Assembly: GCA_052390235.1 (NCBI GenBank)
Contig: JBQTHB010000003.1
Coordinates: 256,001 to 320,000, forward strand
From: Deltaproteobacteria bacterium
Lineage (GTDB): Bacteria > Desulfobacterota_D > UBA1144 > Nemesobacterales > CSP1-2
Direction of reading: 5' to 3'
DNA length: 64,000 nucleotides
Of this stretch, positions 20,130 through 30,730 are shown piece by piece. Position numbers and translations under genes: made by a program. The stretch's first letter is position 1. Each line of letters begins with the position of its first letter. A model generated the notes under the pieces. That model was not told the DNA's origin. It worked only from the letters and a program-made list of their open reading frames with translations, and ran no database searches.

Positions 20130-20552
20130 TTAATCCCCATAACGCCGCCCCGAGGGATTCACCGCAGCGTAGGAGCGTATCGTGTATCTGATTTGACGGT
20201 CTGCAAACTCCGTCCTCTCAACGTGAAATCCCGGCTCATCCTTCGGGCGGTTTACGATGAAACTCATCGCTGTCGTCTGCCTGCCGAGAGAGCGGTCGTA
20301 GCCGCTTACCTTTATATAGCGATTCGGGAAAGCCTCTCGACACTCGGCGATGGCGCGCATTACGGCGGCGTGGTCATTCATATCGAACATGGGCAGTCCC
20401 CACATCTCCCAGTAGGTGTTGCGCGGGTGAGGGTCGTCTGTATGCTCAATTGAAACTGGCCAGCCGTTTTTGAGGCAGTAGCGCACTTGATAGGCTATCT
20501 CCTCGTCGGAGAAATCGGGCAGATATGAAAATGTGCCTTGAGTGATTCTCAT
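20130..20552 (-). CDS. cbbS: RuBisCO small subunit (red-type)
   Basis: [30 protein letters not shown]-terminal extension; start ATG 20552 with GGAGG SD. Confidence 0.97.
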   Translation of the reverse strand: MRITQGTFSYLPDFSDEEIAYQVRYCLKNGWPVSIEHTDDPHPRNTYWEMWGLPMFDMNDHAAVMRAIAECREAFPNRYIKVSGYDRSLGRQTTAMSFIVNRPKDEPGFHVERTEFADRQIRYTIRSYAAVNPSGRRYGD

Positions 20553-20633
20553 CGAAAGCCTCCTTAATCTATATGATTTACGCCGCAAGATTCCGAGCAG
20601 GCATCGTCTACACGCTCATCTGCGCATCCCGAA

Positions 20634-22109
<1,476 letters not shown>

Positions 22110-22307
22110 CTAGATTGGGAATGCGCATTTATGGCACTGCCCATCCTTTTTTACTAATGGCGAGCAGAGCCAAGCCATCAGACGCCTCATGATAAATTTT
22201 CATCCCCCCTTCTGCCCTTGCAAAATCCCCGGCAGCCGCGCTCCAAGCGGATTCCCCTATCCACAGAGGCGCGGCCTGCGCGGAGAGATGGAGCATAAGG
22301 AGATAAT

Positions 22308-23690
22308 TTATTCATTGTCTAAGCCTCGCGCGAATAAATGCCGGATGGGGGCTTTAATCGCCTCGTCCATCCCATCCTGAAAGTTGATAAAATCCCCGAC
22401 AGCGAGCAGGCTATAGAGGGTGTCGAGGGGGAGTTTTTGCGTCAATGGGGAGTCTAAATCCGGCAGTTTCCCCTTGCGCAACTCCCGCCACTCGGATTCG
22501 GTCGGGGCGTAGAAAAAATCCCCGAACCCTGCCTCGTCGAAACGCTTGAAGAGATTGTCGCCGTCGGTAACCTCGGCGGACTGTCGAAGTTCCGTGAGAA
22601 ACTCCACAAATTCTGGCTCGACTCTGTACAGACGCTCGATTTTCTCCATTGCCAATTTCTCCCCTCCCAATTTTTCCAGGACTCTATCGGAAACCCCAAG
22701 CCTGTCTGAATAATCCGCATCGAGGCGATTTTTTATATCCCCCGGACCCATATCGCTCTGAGCGAAAAATTCCTTCAGCGCCGGGTAAGGCACGGTATAA
22801 ACGTCGCACCCAGCGGTCAGGGGTATCGTCTGCCATCTCCTCACGCTCGCCGCCATATTCAGGGTTTTCACGCCTAGGGTATTTCTAATACGCCTGATGT
22901 GCCTCTGAGTTTTGAGAGTCGTGTGTTCGCCGAGGAGTTCAGAGTCCATGCCCTGATTTAGCCTGCCGAGAAATATATTCGCGCGGTGAACATCAGCCAG
23001 CAGGGCGGCGGCAACGACTTGCCGCGCCGAGAAAGTGGCGGTGAAATTCACTGCAATTCCCTGCCTCTCAAGGCCGCGCGCAATGAGTAGCGAGTGCGGA
23101 TAATCGGGCGTGAAAGCCACTTTGACAAAGCAGTTCGGCACGGCTTGGGCGAGACACCAGCCGGCGCGCCTCGATGCCTCCGGGTCTTTGGCAAGAGCCG
23201 TGTGAAGCTCAAGGCTTATACGCCAAGTCCTATGGGCGGCGTAGGCGTTTAGCGCTTCGAGTCCGAGCCGTCCATTGATGATGCTATAAATCAGCGCCGC
23301 CGCCTCGTCAACGGTTAAATCCGGCTTCTCCTCTAGGAGCGCGCGTGTCCATGAGACGATATTATCCCCATCGCCGCCTCCAAAAAATCTGCCGAGTACT
23401 TTCATGATTAGGGGCTGATTCGTGGTATTGCCGTCTATCTCGGTATAGAGCTTCACGCCGTCGTCATCTTCAGTGTGGACTGCGAGGTCGTGGAGTTCCT
23501 CTCGGTCGGCGGTGTCGGCGTAAATGTGAGCCGTGCCGCAGTCCCTGAGGGCGGAGAGGAGCGGATGGGAGACAAACCCTACGGGCTTTGCGGGCGGCAA
23601 TTTTGCCTGAGCCGCTTTTATCAGCTTCACTAATCGTCTGTCCAATGCCATCGCATGGGTTTTGGGTTTCAGCGTCGCTATCGCACTCAT
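22308..23690 (-). CDS. Divergent, extended transaldolase-family protein
   Basis: ADTAD, GNTTNQP, SLE (acid/base Glu), FVKV (Schiff-base Lys), NFTATFS, IFLGRL, ASVR; start ATG 23690 with GGGAG SD. Confidence 0.8.
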   Translation of the reverse strand: MSAIATLKPKTHAMALDRRLVKLIKAAQAKLPPAKPVGFVSHPLLSALRDCGTAHIYADTADREELHDLAVHTEDDDGVKLYTEIDGNTTNQPLIMKVLGRFFGGGDGDNIVSWTRALLEEKPDLTVDEAAALIYSIINGRLGLEALNAYAAHRTWRISLELHTALAKDPEASRRAGWCLAQAVPNCFVKVAFTPDYPHSLLIARGLERQGIAVNFTATFSARQVVAAALLADVHRANIFLGRLNQGMDSELLGEHTTLKTQRHIRRIRNTLGVKTLNMAASVRRWQTIPLTAGCDVYTVPYPALKEFFAQSDMGPGDIKNRLDADYSDRLGVSDRVLEKLGGEKLAMEKIERLYRVEPEFVEFLTELRQSAEVTDGDNLFKRFDEAGFGDFFYAPTESEWRELRKGKLPDLDSPLTQKLPLDTLYSLLAVGDFINFQDGMDEAIKAPIRHLFARGLDNE

Positions 23691-23733
23691 AAGTCTATCT
23701 CCCGATTCAGATGCCGTTTCAATTATATTAGGG

Positions 23734-23748
23734 GCAACTGCCGTGCCA
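23734..23748 (-). promoter_or_regulatory. Sigma-54 (-24/-12) promoter of the tal-cbbLSX-prk-tkt operon
   Basis: Minus strand TGGCAC-GGCAG-TTGC, exact consensus with GG-N10-GC, about 45 bp upstream of the transaldolase start. Confidence 0.8.
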
Positions 23749-23805
23749 AGCGTCGTGGGCAACGCTAAATTCGCAGTAAATCAAACAATTTCAATAGCTT
23801 GCGAT

Positions 23806-23885
23806 TGAGACAGAATTCTCTGCCAGATGGAGTTGCCGCACCGCTGAGACACCGCTGGCACAGCTAGTGAGACGGCGATGTCTCA
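23806..23885. promoter_or_regulatory. Candidate upstream activator sequences (TGAGAC repeats; TGAGAC-N6-GTCTCA palindrome)
   Basis: TGAGAC at 23806, 23845 and 23868; GTCTCA at 23880; 60-140 bp upstream of the -24 element. Confidence 0.5.
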
Positions 23886-23929
23886 ATTTGACCCCTTCCA
23901 GTGGAGAGGCAAGAGAGGTGAGGAATACT

Positions 23930-24150
23930 GCCTCTGTTGGACTTCATCCTGCGGCTTTCGACAAAGCTTGGAATAAACTACGTCGAAGGGAGGCGAGTGA
24001 AAACAAGGGGCAAGATTCCTCTCTGCGTTCGGAATGACAGAGGGGAGAGGCTTGGATTGGAAATGACCCTTCATACCTAGACTCCGCTCAGGGCGCGGAT
24101 GAAATGGATTCCCGCTCAGGAGACTGCGGGAATGACACCGTGGCAATATC
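23930..24150. repeat. Cluster of REP/dRS3-like palindromic repeats
   Basis: GATTCC...GGAATGAC units and GGATTCCCGCTCAGGAGACTGCGGGAATGAC, which recur at 28.6, 39.8, 43.3 and 60.6 kb. Confidence 0.8.
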
Positions 24151-24172
24151 ACGGAGGGGCAGAGAAATACCG

Positions 24173-24202
24173 TTGACATTTCGGTATTGTCCATGCGACA
24201 AT
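24173..24202 (+). promoter_or_regulatory. Putative sigma-70 promoter with an ATTGTC-N5-GACAAT operator-like palindrome
   Basis: TTGACA (24173)-N18-GACAAT; inverted repeat 24186-24202. Confidence 0.45.
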
Positions 24203-24236
24203 TGAGAATAATCTATATGTCAAGGAGGGAGTCCCC

Positions 24237-25289
24237 ATGTTAAACAACCCATATTACTCGCAGGATGTCCACGGGCCCTTTGAGCTTTACGACATCGGCA
24301 ACCACACGCTCGAAGAAGGCGGCACAATACGGGGCTGCAAGCTCGCCCACGCGACCTTCGGCGCTCTGAACGCCGCAAAAGATAACGCCATCGTCGTTCC
24401 AACGTGGTACTCAGGCACGAGCAAAATCATGGAGCAGGTCTATATCGGAGCGAATCACGCCCTAAACCCAGAGAAGTATTTCATCATCGTCATAAACCAA
24501 ATCGGCAACGGGCTATCGAGTTCGCCGCATAACACGCCTTTTCCGGGCGGCATGGGCAATTTCCCCCATGTTAGAGTCGGCGACGACGTGCGCGCGCAAC
24601 ACAAGCTGGTTACGGAGAAATACGGCATCTCTAGCCTTGCCCTCGTCGTAGGAGGCTCGATGGGCGCTCAGCAGACTTATGAATGGGCAGTGAGATTCCC
24701 CGATATGGTAAAACGCGCCGCCCCGATAGCCGGAACTGCGCAGAACACAGAACACGATTTTCTCTATACGCAGACGCTGATGGACGCAATCACATCAGAC
24801 CCCGGATACAGGAACGGGTTTTATTCATGCAACACCGAGGTTCACGACGGATTAAGACGGCACGCCAAGATGTGGGCAGTGCTGGGTTGGAGCACCGAAT
24901 TTTTCCAGCAGAGGCGATATGCGGATTTAGGCTTCTCCTCGATGGACGATTTTCTCAACAGCTTTATGTTCTACTACTTCGGCTCGATGGATCCGAATAA
25001 TCTGCTGAGAATGGCGTGGAAGTGGCAGAGGGGGGACGTCGCCCGCAACACCGGAGGCGACCTCAAGGCGGCGCTCGGACGCATCAAGGCGAAGGTCTTT
25101 ACGATGCCGATTGACGAGGATATGTTCTTCCCGCCGAGGGACTGCGAAGCGGAGCAGAAGATGATTCCGAACAGCGAATTTCACGTGATAAAGAGCATTG
25201 ACGGGCATTTGGCGCTATTCGGCACTGACCCGAATTATATAGGGCAGGTTGACGCGTGCCTCAATAAACTGCTGGCGACTGCGGTTTAA
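24237..25289 (+). CDS. MekB-like acetyl ester hydrolase (homoserine acetyltransferase-like alpha/beta hydrolase)
   Basis: GGSMG nucleophile, SIDGH; YY...HGPFEL, PTWYSGTSK and MDPNNLL.MAWKWQRGDV match my recollection of Pseudomonas veronii MekB. Confidence 0.8.
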   Translation: MLNNPYYSQDVHGPFELYDIGNHTLEEGGTIRGCKLAHATFGALNAAKDNAIVVPTWYSGTSKIMEQVYIGANHALNPEKYFIIVINQIGNGLSSSPHNTPFPGGMGNFPHVRVGDDVRAQHKLVTEKYGISSLALVVGGSMGAQQTYEWAVRFPDMVKRAAPIAGTAQNTEHDFLYTQTLMDAITSDPGYRNGFYSCNTEVHDGLRRHAKMWAVLGWSTEFFQQRRYADLGFSSMDDFLNSFMFYYFGSMDPNNLLRMAWKWQRGDVARNTGGDLKAALGRIKAKVFTMPIDEDMFFPPRDCEAEQKMIPNSEFHVIKSIDGHLALFGTDPNYIGQVDACLNKLLATAV

Positions 25290-25306
25290 ATTTGGCAATT
25301 ACAAGC

Positions 25307-25344
25307 GGGCGCGGAAGGGCAGGGTCGGCGCTCTTCCGCGCCCG
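25307..25344. terminator. GC-rich hairpin between convergent genes
   Basis: GGGCGCGGAAG...CTTCCGCGCCC stem between the two stop codons. Confidence 0.55.
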
Positions 25345-25385
25345 ATACGCCCAATGGCACATACACGATTTGGGACACCCCACAA

Positions 25386-26732
25386 TTAACTCCCGGACTT
25401 ATAATCGCGGGCTGAGAACTTGTGCTTAGCCATCAAGCGGTGAAACGTGCGGCGCGGCACTTTGGCAATTGCCGCCGCCTTGGTGATATTCCCCCTCGAT
25501 TCAATGAGATAATTTAGAATCTCCTGCCTCTCGTGGCGGTCAATGAAGCGGCCCTTATCCTCCAGAAATCCCCGTCCCGTCTCGCCGGCATCTATCGCCT
25601 GTACGTGGAACGGCAGATGCTCCGGCTCGATGGCGGAGGACACCGTCAGCACAACGGCCCTTTCTAGCACGTTTTCAAGCTCTCTGAGATTTCCGGGCCA
25701 TGAGTAGCCACGGAGATGATACATAGCCGCCGGGGATATTGCCTCGACCATCTTATTGACCTTAGCCCTAGCTTTGTCGAGAAAATGCACGGCGAGCCGG
25801 GGGACGTCCTCGATTCTCTCCCGTAGCGGGGGGAGAGCGATGGTAAAGGTATTGATGCGGTAAAAGAGGTCTTCGCGGAATTTCCCCTCGCGGATGGCGT
25901 ATTCCAAGTCCCGATTGGTGGCGGCGATGACCCTTACTGATATTCTCTTTGTGCGAACCTCGCCCACAGGGCGTATTTCGCCGGTCTGAAGGGTTCTGAG
26001 GAGTTTCGCCTGAGTGTCGGGGGACATATCGCCGATTTCATCGAGGAAAACAGTTCCGCCGTCGGCTTTTTCAAATAGCCCGATTCTATCCGAAGATGCG
26101 CCTGTGAACGCGCCGCGCTTGTAGCCGAAAAGCTCGCTCTCCAGCAGTCCGGCGGATAGGGCCGTGCAGTTGATTGTTACAAGAGGGAAGTTGCTAAGCG
26201 CGCTTCGGCGGTGAATGGCTCTTGCGGCGAGTTCCTTGCCCGTGCCGCTTTCGCCGCGAATCAGCACCGTGGTCGGAGTCGGGGCTACTTTGGCTATAAG
26301 CTCGGCGACCTGCCTCATTTTTGGATTATCGCCGATGACAAATTCCGAATCCGAGTTTTGCTCAAGCTCTCTGAGGGCGAGGCGGTAGCGCTCTTTTAGG
26401 GTTTTCGCCTGAGCCTGAGCCTCGATGAATTCCCAGAAAAGGCGCGCCCCCACGGGACCTATAAGCTCGGTTCGCTCGGATTTGAGGGAGTAAATCTCCC
26501 TGCAGGCTTCGGGGTTTCCAGTGGCATCAATTATGAGGTCGGCGGGTACGGAGGGAATGAGTTGCCTGTAGTCGGTCGTAACGGGAATCCCGAGTCCCTT
26601 TGCGATGACAAAGCCCACTGCCCGCTCGTCAATATCGGCGACCCCGACGACCTTAACCGCCGGGGCTTGGAAAAATAGATTGAGAAGCGCCTGCCCGCCC
26701 CTGCCCGCTCCAACTATTATGACTCGCTTCAT
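25386..26732 (-). CDS. Sigma-54-dependent activator with N-terminal Rossmann-like (BkdR-type) domain and Fis HTH
   Basis: IIVGAGRGG...VADID N-domain; GESGTGKE, GAFTGA, FLDEIG, FREDLFYR, WPGNLREL; C-terminal GNITKAA HTH. Confidence 0.93.
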   Translation of the reverse strand: MKRVIIVGAGRGGQALLNLFFQAPAVKVVGVADIDERAVGFVIAKGLGIPVTTDYRQLIPSVPADLIIDATGNPEACREIYSLKSERTELIGPVGARLFWEFIEAQAQAKTLKERYRLALRELEQNSDSEFVIGDNPKMRQVAELIAKVAPTPTTVLIRGESGTGKELAARAIHRRSALSNFPLVTINCTALSAGLLESELFGYKRGAFTGASSDRIGLFEKADGGTVFLDEIGDMSPDTQAKLLRTLQTGEIRPVGEVRTKRISVRVIAATNRDLEYAIREGKFREDLFYRINTFTIALPPLRERIEDVPRLAVHFLDKARAKVNKMVEAISPAAMYHLRGYSWPGNLRELENVLERAVVLTVSSAIEPEHLPFHVQAIDAGETGRGFLEDKGRFIDRHERQEILNYLIESRGNITKAAAIAKVPRRTFHRLMAKHKFSARDYKSGS

Positions 26733-26797
26733 CCGCTCTCCAAGAGAATTTATCTCGCTCTGAAATTTTCGCAGAGTAATTCCATCGAATATCAGGT

Positions 26798-27118
26798 CTA
26801 ATGCCCGCGTTGGGGCCAGGGGGCATCAAGGGGCCACCTGCAACGGTCAACCCCGCCCGACATTGACTCCATCTCGGCGAGGAGGTCGTCATAAAAGGCG
26901 CGCCACGCCGCAACCCCGGCATTCGGCGCCGGGAAATTTCCCGAAAAAAATAGCCACGCCTCTGGCATAGAATCGGTAGAAGAGGGACTAAACGGAAGCG
27001 ATTCGTCCGCCACTGCGGCGCGCCGCCAAGCGTATTCCTCGCCGCGCCGCTCGATATAGACCATCTCGCCGTCCAGATTTGAAGCCATAAGCTCGGAAAA
27101 CAGCTCTTCTCGGCTCAT
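26798..27118 (-). CDS. Hypothetical protein
   Basis: GAGGAGGGGG SD, operonic spacing, protein-like composition. Confidence 0.7.
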   Translation of the reverse strand: MSREELFSELMASNLDGEMVYIERRGEEYAWRRAAVADESLPFSPSSTDSMPEAWLFFSGNFPAPNAGVAAWRAFYDDLLAEMESMSGGVDRCRWPLDAPWPQRGH

Positions 27119-27147
27119 ACTCGCTCCCCCTCCTCAATATATTTGAT

Positions 27148-28275
27148 TTAGCGTCTGGCTTTGTCCGGCGGCATCCCCCCTCGGTCTAGGGAGAACGTAG
27201 AGCCGCCGAGGCGCCCCGGCTCGAATTCCGAATCCCCCATGCTCTTGCGGTAAAATTCCGAGAGTTGAGGGGAGGCGTCCTGCCCCTCGTTCATCGCAAT
27301 GCAGGGCTTCACAAAAGCGCAGGTGGAGCAGTTCTCCCTAGATGGGCTTGGATAAATCCGAACCTCAGGATTTGCCATCTCCATAGCCTCCATCACGATT
27401 TGCCGCCCGAAATTCTCAATTGCCGCCCGGCTCCTCGGAACGTGCGTGCGGCGAAAGGAATCCCCGCAGAACGTCTGTTTCATCGTGAAATCGGGTTCTC
27501 GTATAGCTTGCAGATAAATACGGCGCGAGGGGCTAGCTTTGGGGGCGGGGTTTGGTTTATTTGGAAAATTCGAGGGATTAGAGGGGATTTGCCCGCCCGA
27601 TGGGGATGAGTCCTTGCGAAGCTCGTTATAGACGACGCCCGCGATTTTCATTCCGGGGAAATAGCTCTCAAGCGCCCAGCAGTGAGAGAGTTCCCGCTCG
27701 TCGAGCAGGAGATTTTCCGCATACTCCCACGCGCCTTCCACGACCCTGTGTTTAATTATCCAGTAGGCGTTATATTCGTCCACCGCGAGCAGATTCACAC
27801 GCCCCCTGTAGCGTATGGGCAGAACGGGAATGGCGCCGGGAACAACCAAATCCTGCCCCGGGCGGGCGGGGTCTGGGATATTCACCTCGAAATCCGGCTC
27901 AACCTGAATCGGCGAGAAATCGTCAACCGAAGCCGCCCACTCGAAATAGCGATTCAGCATCAGCTCGCCGAAGGCTAGTTGCGCCTCATGGTCAGGGGAC
28001 TCCATCCCGCCGCCGCCGAATTTATCCCTCTGATTGCGCATAGATTTATAGAACCCCTCAATTACGAGCGGCAGGACAATTCGGCGATTCCACTCCCACA
28101 TACCGGGGAAATAATATACGGCAAGGGCGTCGCTTATAGCCCGCTGAAAGTCAAGCGCCCGTGATGTTCCGACCGGCTCGAAATTCCCCCGCTCGCCGCT
28201 TTGAAAATTCCAAGCGCGCCGACACCTCTTAAATAGCTCTCTTTCCTGAGTGCGGATGATATAAGCCCACGCCAC
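27148..28275 (-). CDS. PD-(D/E)XK/Cas4-AddB-like fold protein with 4-Cys Fe-S motif and degenerate active site
   Basis: FKRCRRAW...CSTCAFVKPC; GRVNLL and IIKHR replace G.ID and (D/E)xK; likely GTG start at 28275 (AAGGGG SD). Confidence 0.7.
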   Translation of the reverse strand: MAWAYIIRTQERELFKRCRRAWNFQSGERGNFEPVGTSRALDFQRAISDALAVYYFPGMWEWNRRIVLPLVIEGFYKSMRNQRDKFGGGGMESPDHEAQLAFGELMLNRYFEWAASVDDFSPIQVEPDFEVNIPDPARPGQDLVVPGAIPVLPIRYRGRVNLLAVDEYNAYWIIKHRVVEGAWEYAENLLLDERELSHCWALESYFPGMKIAGVVYNELRKDSSPSGGQIPSNPSNFPNKPNPAPKASPSRRIYLQAIREPDFTMKQTFCGDSFRRTHVPRSRAAIENFGRQIVMEAMEMANPEVRIYPSPSRENCSTCAFVKPCIAMNEGQDASPQLSEFYRKSMGDSEFEPGRLGGSTFSLDRGGMPPDKARR

Positions 28276-28499
28276 CGAGGTTTTCCCCTTTTTTGGGTGT
28301 GATGATTCGGCAGGGAGCGGCTCGATTTGCGCCGCCGGGCGGCTACTGTTGGGAGCGCGTGGAGGGGTCGAAATCAGCAGAGGGGGAGATTGAGCGTCCG
28401 GCGCGTCGGATGAAAAAAAGCCGCCATCGCCATAGTTCAATTTCAACCTAAGGGCGCGGGTTTGTCAAGGATTTAAGCGAAAAATTCACGATGCAGAGG

Positions 28500-28900
28500 G
28501 TGTAGAATAAATAATCCTGCCCACGTCCCGTACTTTGCTTTGGCAGGCTCAGGATACACTGCGTCGAAGGGCGCAAATGAAAATAAAAGGCAATCAGATT
28601 CCTCTGTGCGTTCGGAATGACAGAGGTGAGAGTCTCTGAGAGATAGGGGCGAGGCGTTCGCAGTGGTAGTCTTTTGATCATTTCGCCCTTTCGCTACTTG
28701 TCATTTCGAGTGAAACGAGAAATCCCGAAAAAGATACCGGTTTGAGCTAACACGCCCCGTCTCCTTGAGATACCCCCTCCTTGAGAAGTGGAGAAAAGCT
28801 ATCCTCATAGGCGATTTCTTCTCCCATGAGAACAGAAATCCTGAGCCCTTCGGCAGAGCCTGTACTGAGGGATGGATTCCCGCACAACAGACGCCGTAAG
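28500..28900. repeat. Cluster of REP-like palindromic repeats
   Basis: AGATTCCTCTGTGCGTTCGGAATGACAGAGG nearly identical to 24012-24043; GTCATTTCGAGTG...GAGAAATCCCG also at about 60686. Confidence 0.75.
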
Positions 28901-28947
28901 AACAACATCTCACATCCTGTTCGCCCGCGCCCGCGCAGTTCGGAGCG

Positions 28948-29808
28948 TTAGAGCAGCAGAACCCCTTTGAGCCGGTAATAAAATAGGATTAGATAGTAGA
29001 ATACGGGGAAAACCAGTATGAGGCTGTCGAAGCGGTCAAGCGCGCCGCCGTGTCCGGGCAGTAGCGCGCCCGAATCCTTCGCCCCGACGCTCCGCTTGAT
29101 TAGGGATTCGATGAGGTCTCCGACGACGGCGACTCCCCCGACGGCGACCCCGAGAAATAGCGCCCAGGCGTAGGGCAGAGGGGATGCGAAAATGAGATTG
29201 ACGACCGCTCCTGTTAGAGCCGAAGCCGCCAGCCCTCCGACAGCGCCTTCGAGCGTTTTTCCGGGGCTAATGGCGGGGATGAGTTTCCGCCTCCCCTTCC
29301 ATTTCCCGGCGAAATACGCTCCGGCGTCGTTTAGAAACGTGCAGGCGACGGCAAAAACTATATAAAAAAATCCGGCGTCCCTCATGCCCCCGAGCGCATC
29401 CGACTGAGCCTGCGCAGCGCCGATATTTCTAATGAGAACGGCGTGGCTCAGGAATAATCCTATATAGACCACTCCGAGTAGAGCCGCAGCAGGCTCTGCG
29501 ACTGCGCTGGAGAAATCCCGCCGCCGAAGCTGTAGGGAGAGTATTGCCGCCGCCGCTAACGTAAATCCGGCAAGGAGCGGAATGTATCCGAAGTACGCCG
29601 CTACCGGAAGGACGAGACTCGCCACAAGCCCCGCCCGCGCCTCTGCCGATACTCGAGCGGATTTAAATAAATTCGATAATTCGAGATGGCACGCGAGGGC
29701 AACAATGAGTATGAACGCGAGAAACCACGCCCCGCCCCGATGGAATAGGAACAGCAATACGGGAACTCCAAAGGCGGCGGTAAGCACTCGCTGAAGTAGG
29801 TTGCTCAT
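28948..29808 (-). CDS. cdsA: Phosphatidate cytidylyltransferase
   Basis: ND.GAYF.G, ISPGKTLEG, GDLIES.IKR..G.KDSG..LPGHGG.LDRFDS; start at MSNLLQR. Confidence 0.95.
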   Translation of the reverse strand: MSNLLQRVLTAAFGVPVLLFLFHRGGAWFLAFILIVALACHLELSNLFKSARVSAEARAGLVASLVLPVAAYFGYIPLLAGFTLAAAAILSLQLRRRDFSSAVAEPAAALLGVVYIGLFLSHAVLIRNIGAAQAQSDALGGMRDAGFFYIVFAVACTFLNDAGAYFAGKWKGRRKLIPAISPGKTLEGAVGGLAASALTGAVVNLIFASPLPYAWALFLGVAVGGVAVVGDLIESLIKRSVGAKDSGALLPGHGGALDRFDSLILVFPVFYYLILFYYRLKGVLLL

Positions 29809-29872
29809 GAGAGTTATCGGGATATAATTTCCATGAAATGGGCATTTATGCAAATCCGAGGACGGAGGGGAA

Positions 29873-30643
29873 ATGACAGCGATAGAGCCGATATACCGCC
29901 CCAAGCCGGGGGGCGAGCCAATGAGCATAGCGGTTTTCCTCTCAGGCGAGGGGAGCAATCTCATCGCCCTGTATGAAGAGCAGAGGAGATTCGAGCGGGC
30001 GGGCAGGAGATTAGCCGGAATTGACGCCGTCTTTACAAACGCCCCCGACTGCCGCGGAGCGGCTAGGGCAAGGGAGCTTGGGATTCCCGTCGCAAGCCTC
30101 TCATCAAAATCCTATTTCGATATTCTGGGAATCAGCCCCGACGACGATGCCGCAAGGGATTATTTCGACGCCGCTTCCATTGCCATGGTTCAGAGCCTCT
30201 GCCGCCCGGATTTAATTGTTCTCGCCGGATACAGGAGGAAGGTCGGCAGGCTCTTTTGCAGGCGATACGAGAATAGAATTGTCAATCTCTACCCCGGGGA
30301 CATCACAAAGCCGTATCTCGTCAGAGGCGTTGACGCGGGGATTCAAGCCCTCAGAGCGGGGGAGGACTCAATTAAATGCACGGTCTATCTCCAAGGCGAG
30401 GCGGAGCGTTTCGGGAGGGCAATAGCGCAGTCCCCTCCGGTATCGCTCCGAGGGTTCTTGGAGCAGGATGCGGCGCGGATTCAGGAGAAAATCAGAGCCG
30501 AGGGGGAGTGGAAGGTGTTTGCTTTCGCCGTTTTCGAGCTTATCGCGGCAGGCAGAGCGGGCGCGGACACAGAGGGGAATATCTACATTGACGGCGAGAG
30601 GGTAGAGGGCGGGGGATGGCAATTTAATAAAAGCGGCGTTTAA
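29873..30643 (+). CDS. PurN-like formyltransferase-fold protein with substituted catalytic residues
   Basis: AVFLSGEGSNL, PDLIVLAGY; NLYP in place of NIHP. Confidence 0.75.
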   Translation: MTAIEPIYRPKPGGEPMSIAVFLSGEGSNLIALYEEQRRFERAGRRLAGIDAVFTNAPDCRGAARARELGIPVASLSSKSYFDILGISPDDDAARDYFDAASIAMVQSLCRPDLIVLAGYRRKVGRLFCRRYENRIVNLYPGDITKPYLVRGVDAGIQALRAGEDSIKCTVYLQGEAERFGRAIAQSPPVSLRGFLEQDAARIQEKIRAEGEWKVFAFAVFELIAAGRAGADTEGNIYIDGERVEGGGWQFNKSGV

Positions 30644-30730
30644 TGGCTGGCGGCTAGTTTTTTTTTGGTCTCGAAACTAAAAACTCGAAACTCTATTTCC
30701 ATTCCAGAGAATTGACCCCGCCCCCCATAA

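Noticed and set aside
22132..22146. Other TGGCAC hexamers as sigma-54 promoters (22132, 25355, 32595)
   Set aside because: No correctly spaced -12 TTGC/GC, and the orientation does not match a downstream gene
24237..25289. Annotation as metX homoserine O-acetyltransferase
   Set aside because: Lacks the HALTG/HGHDAFL motifs of MetX and resembles MekB esterases; no met genes adjacent
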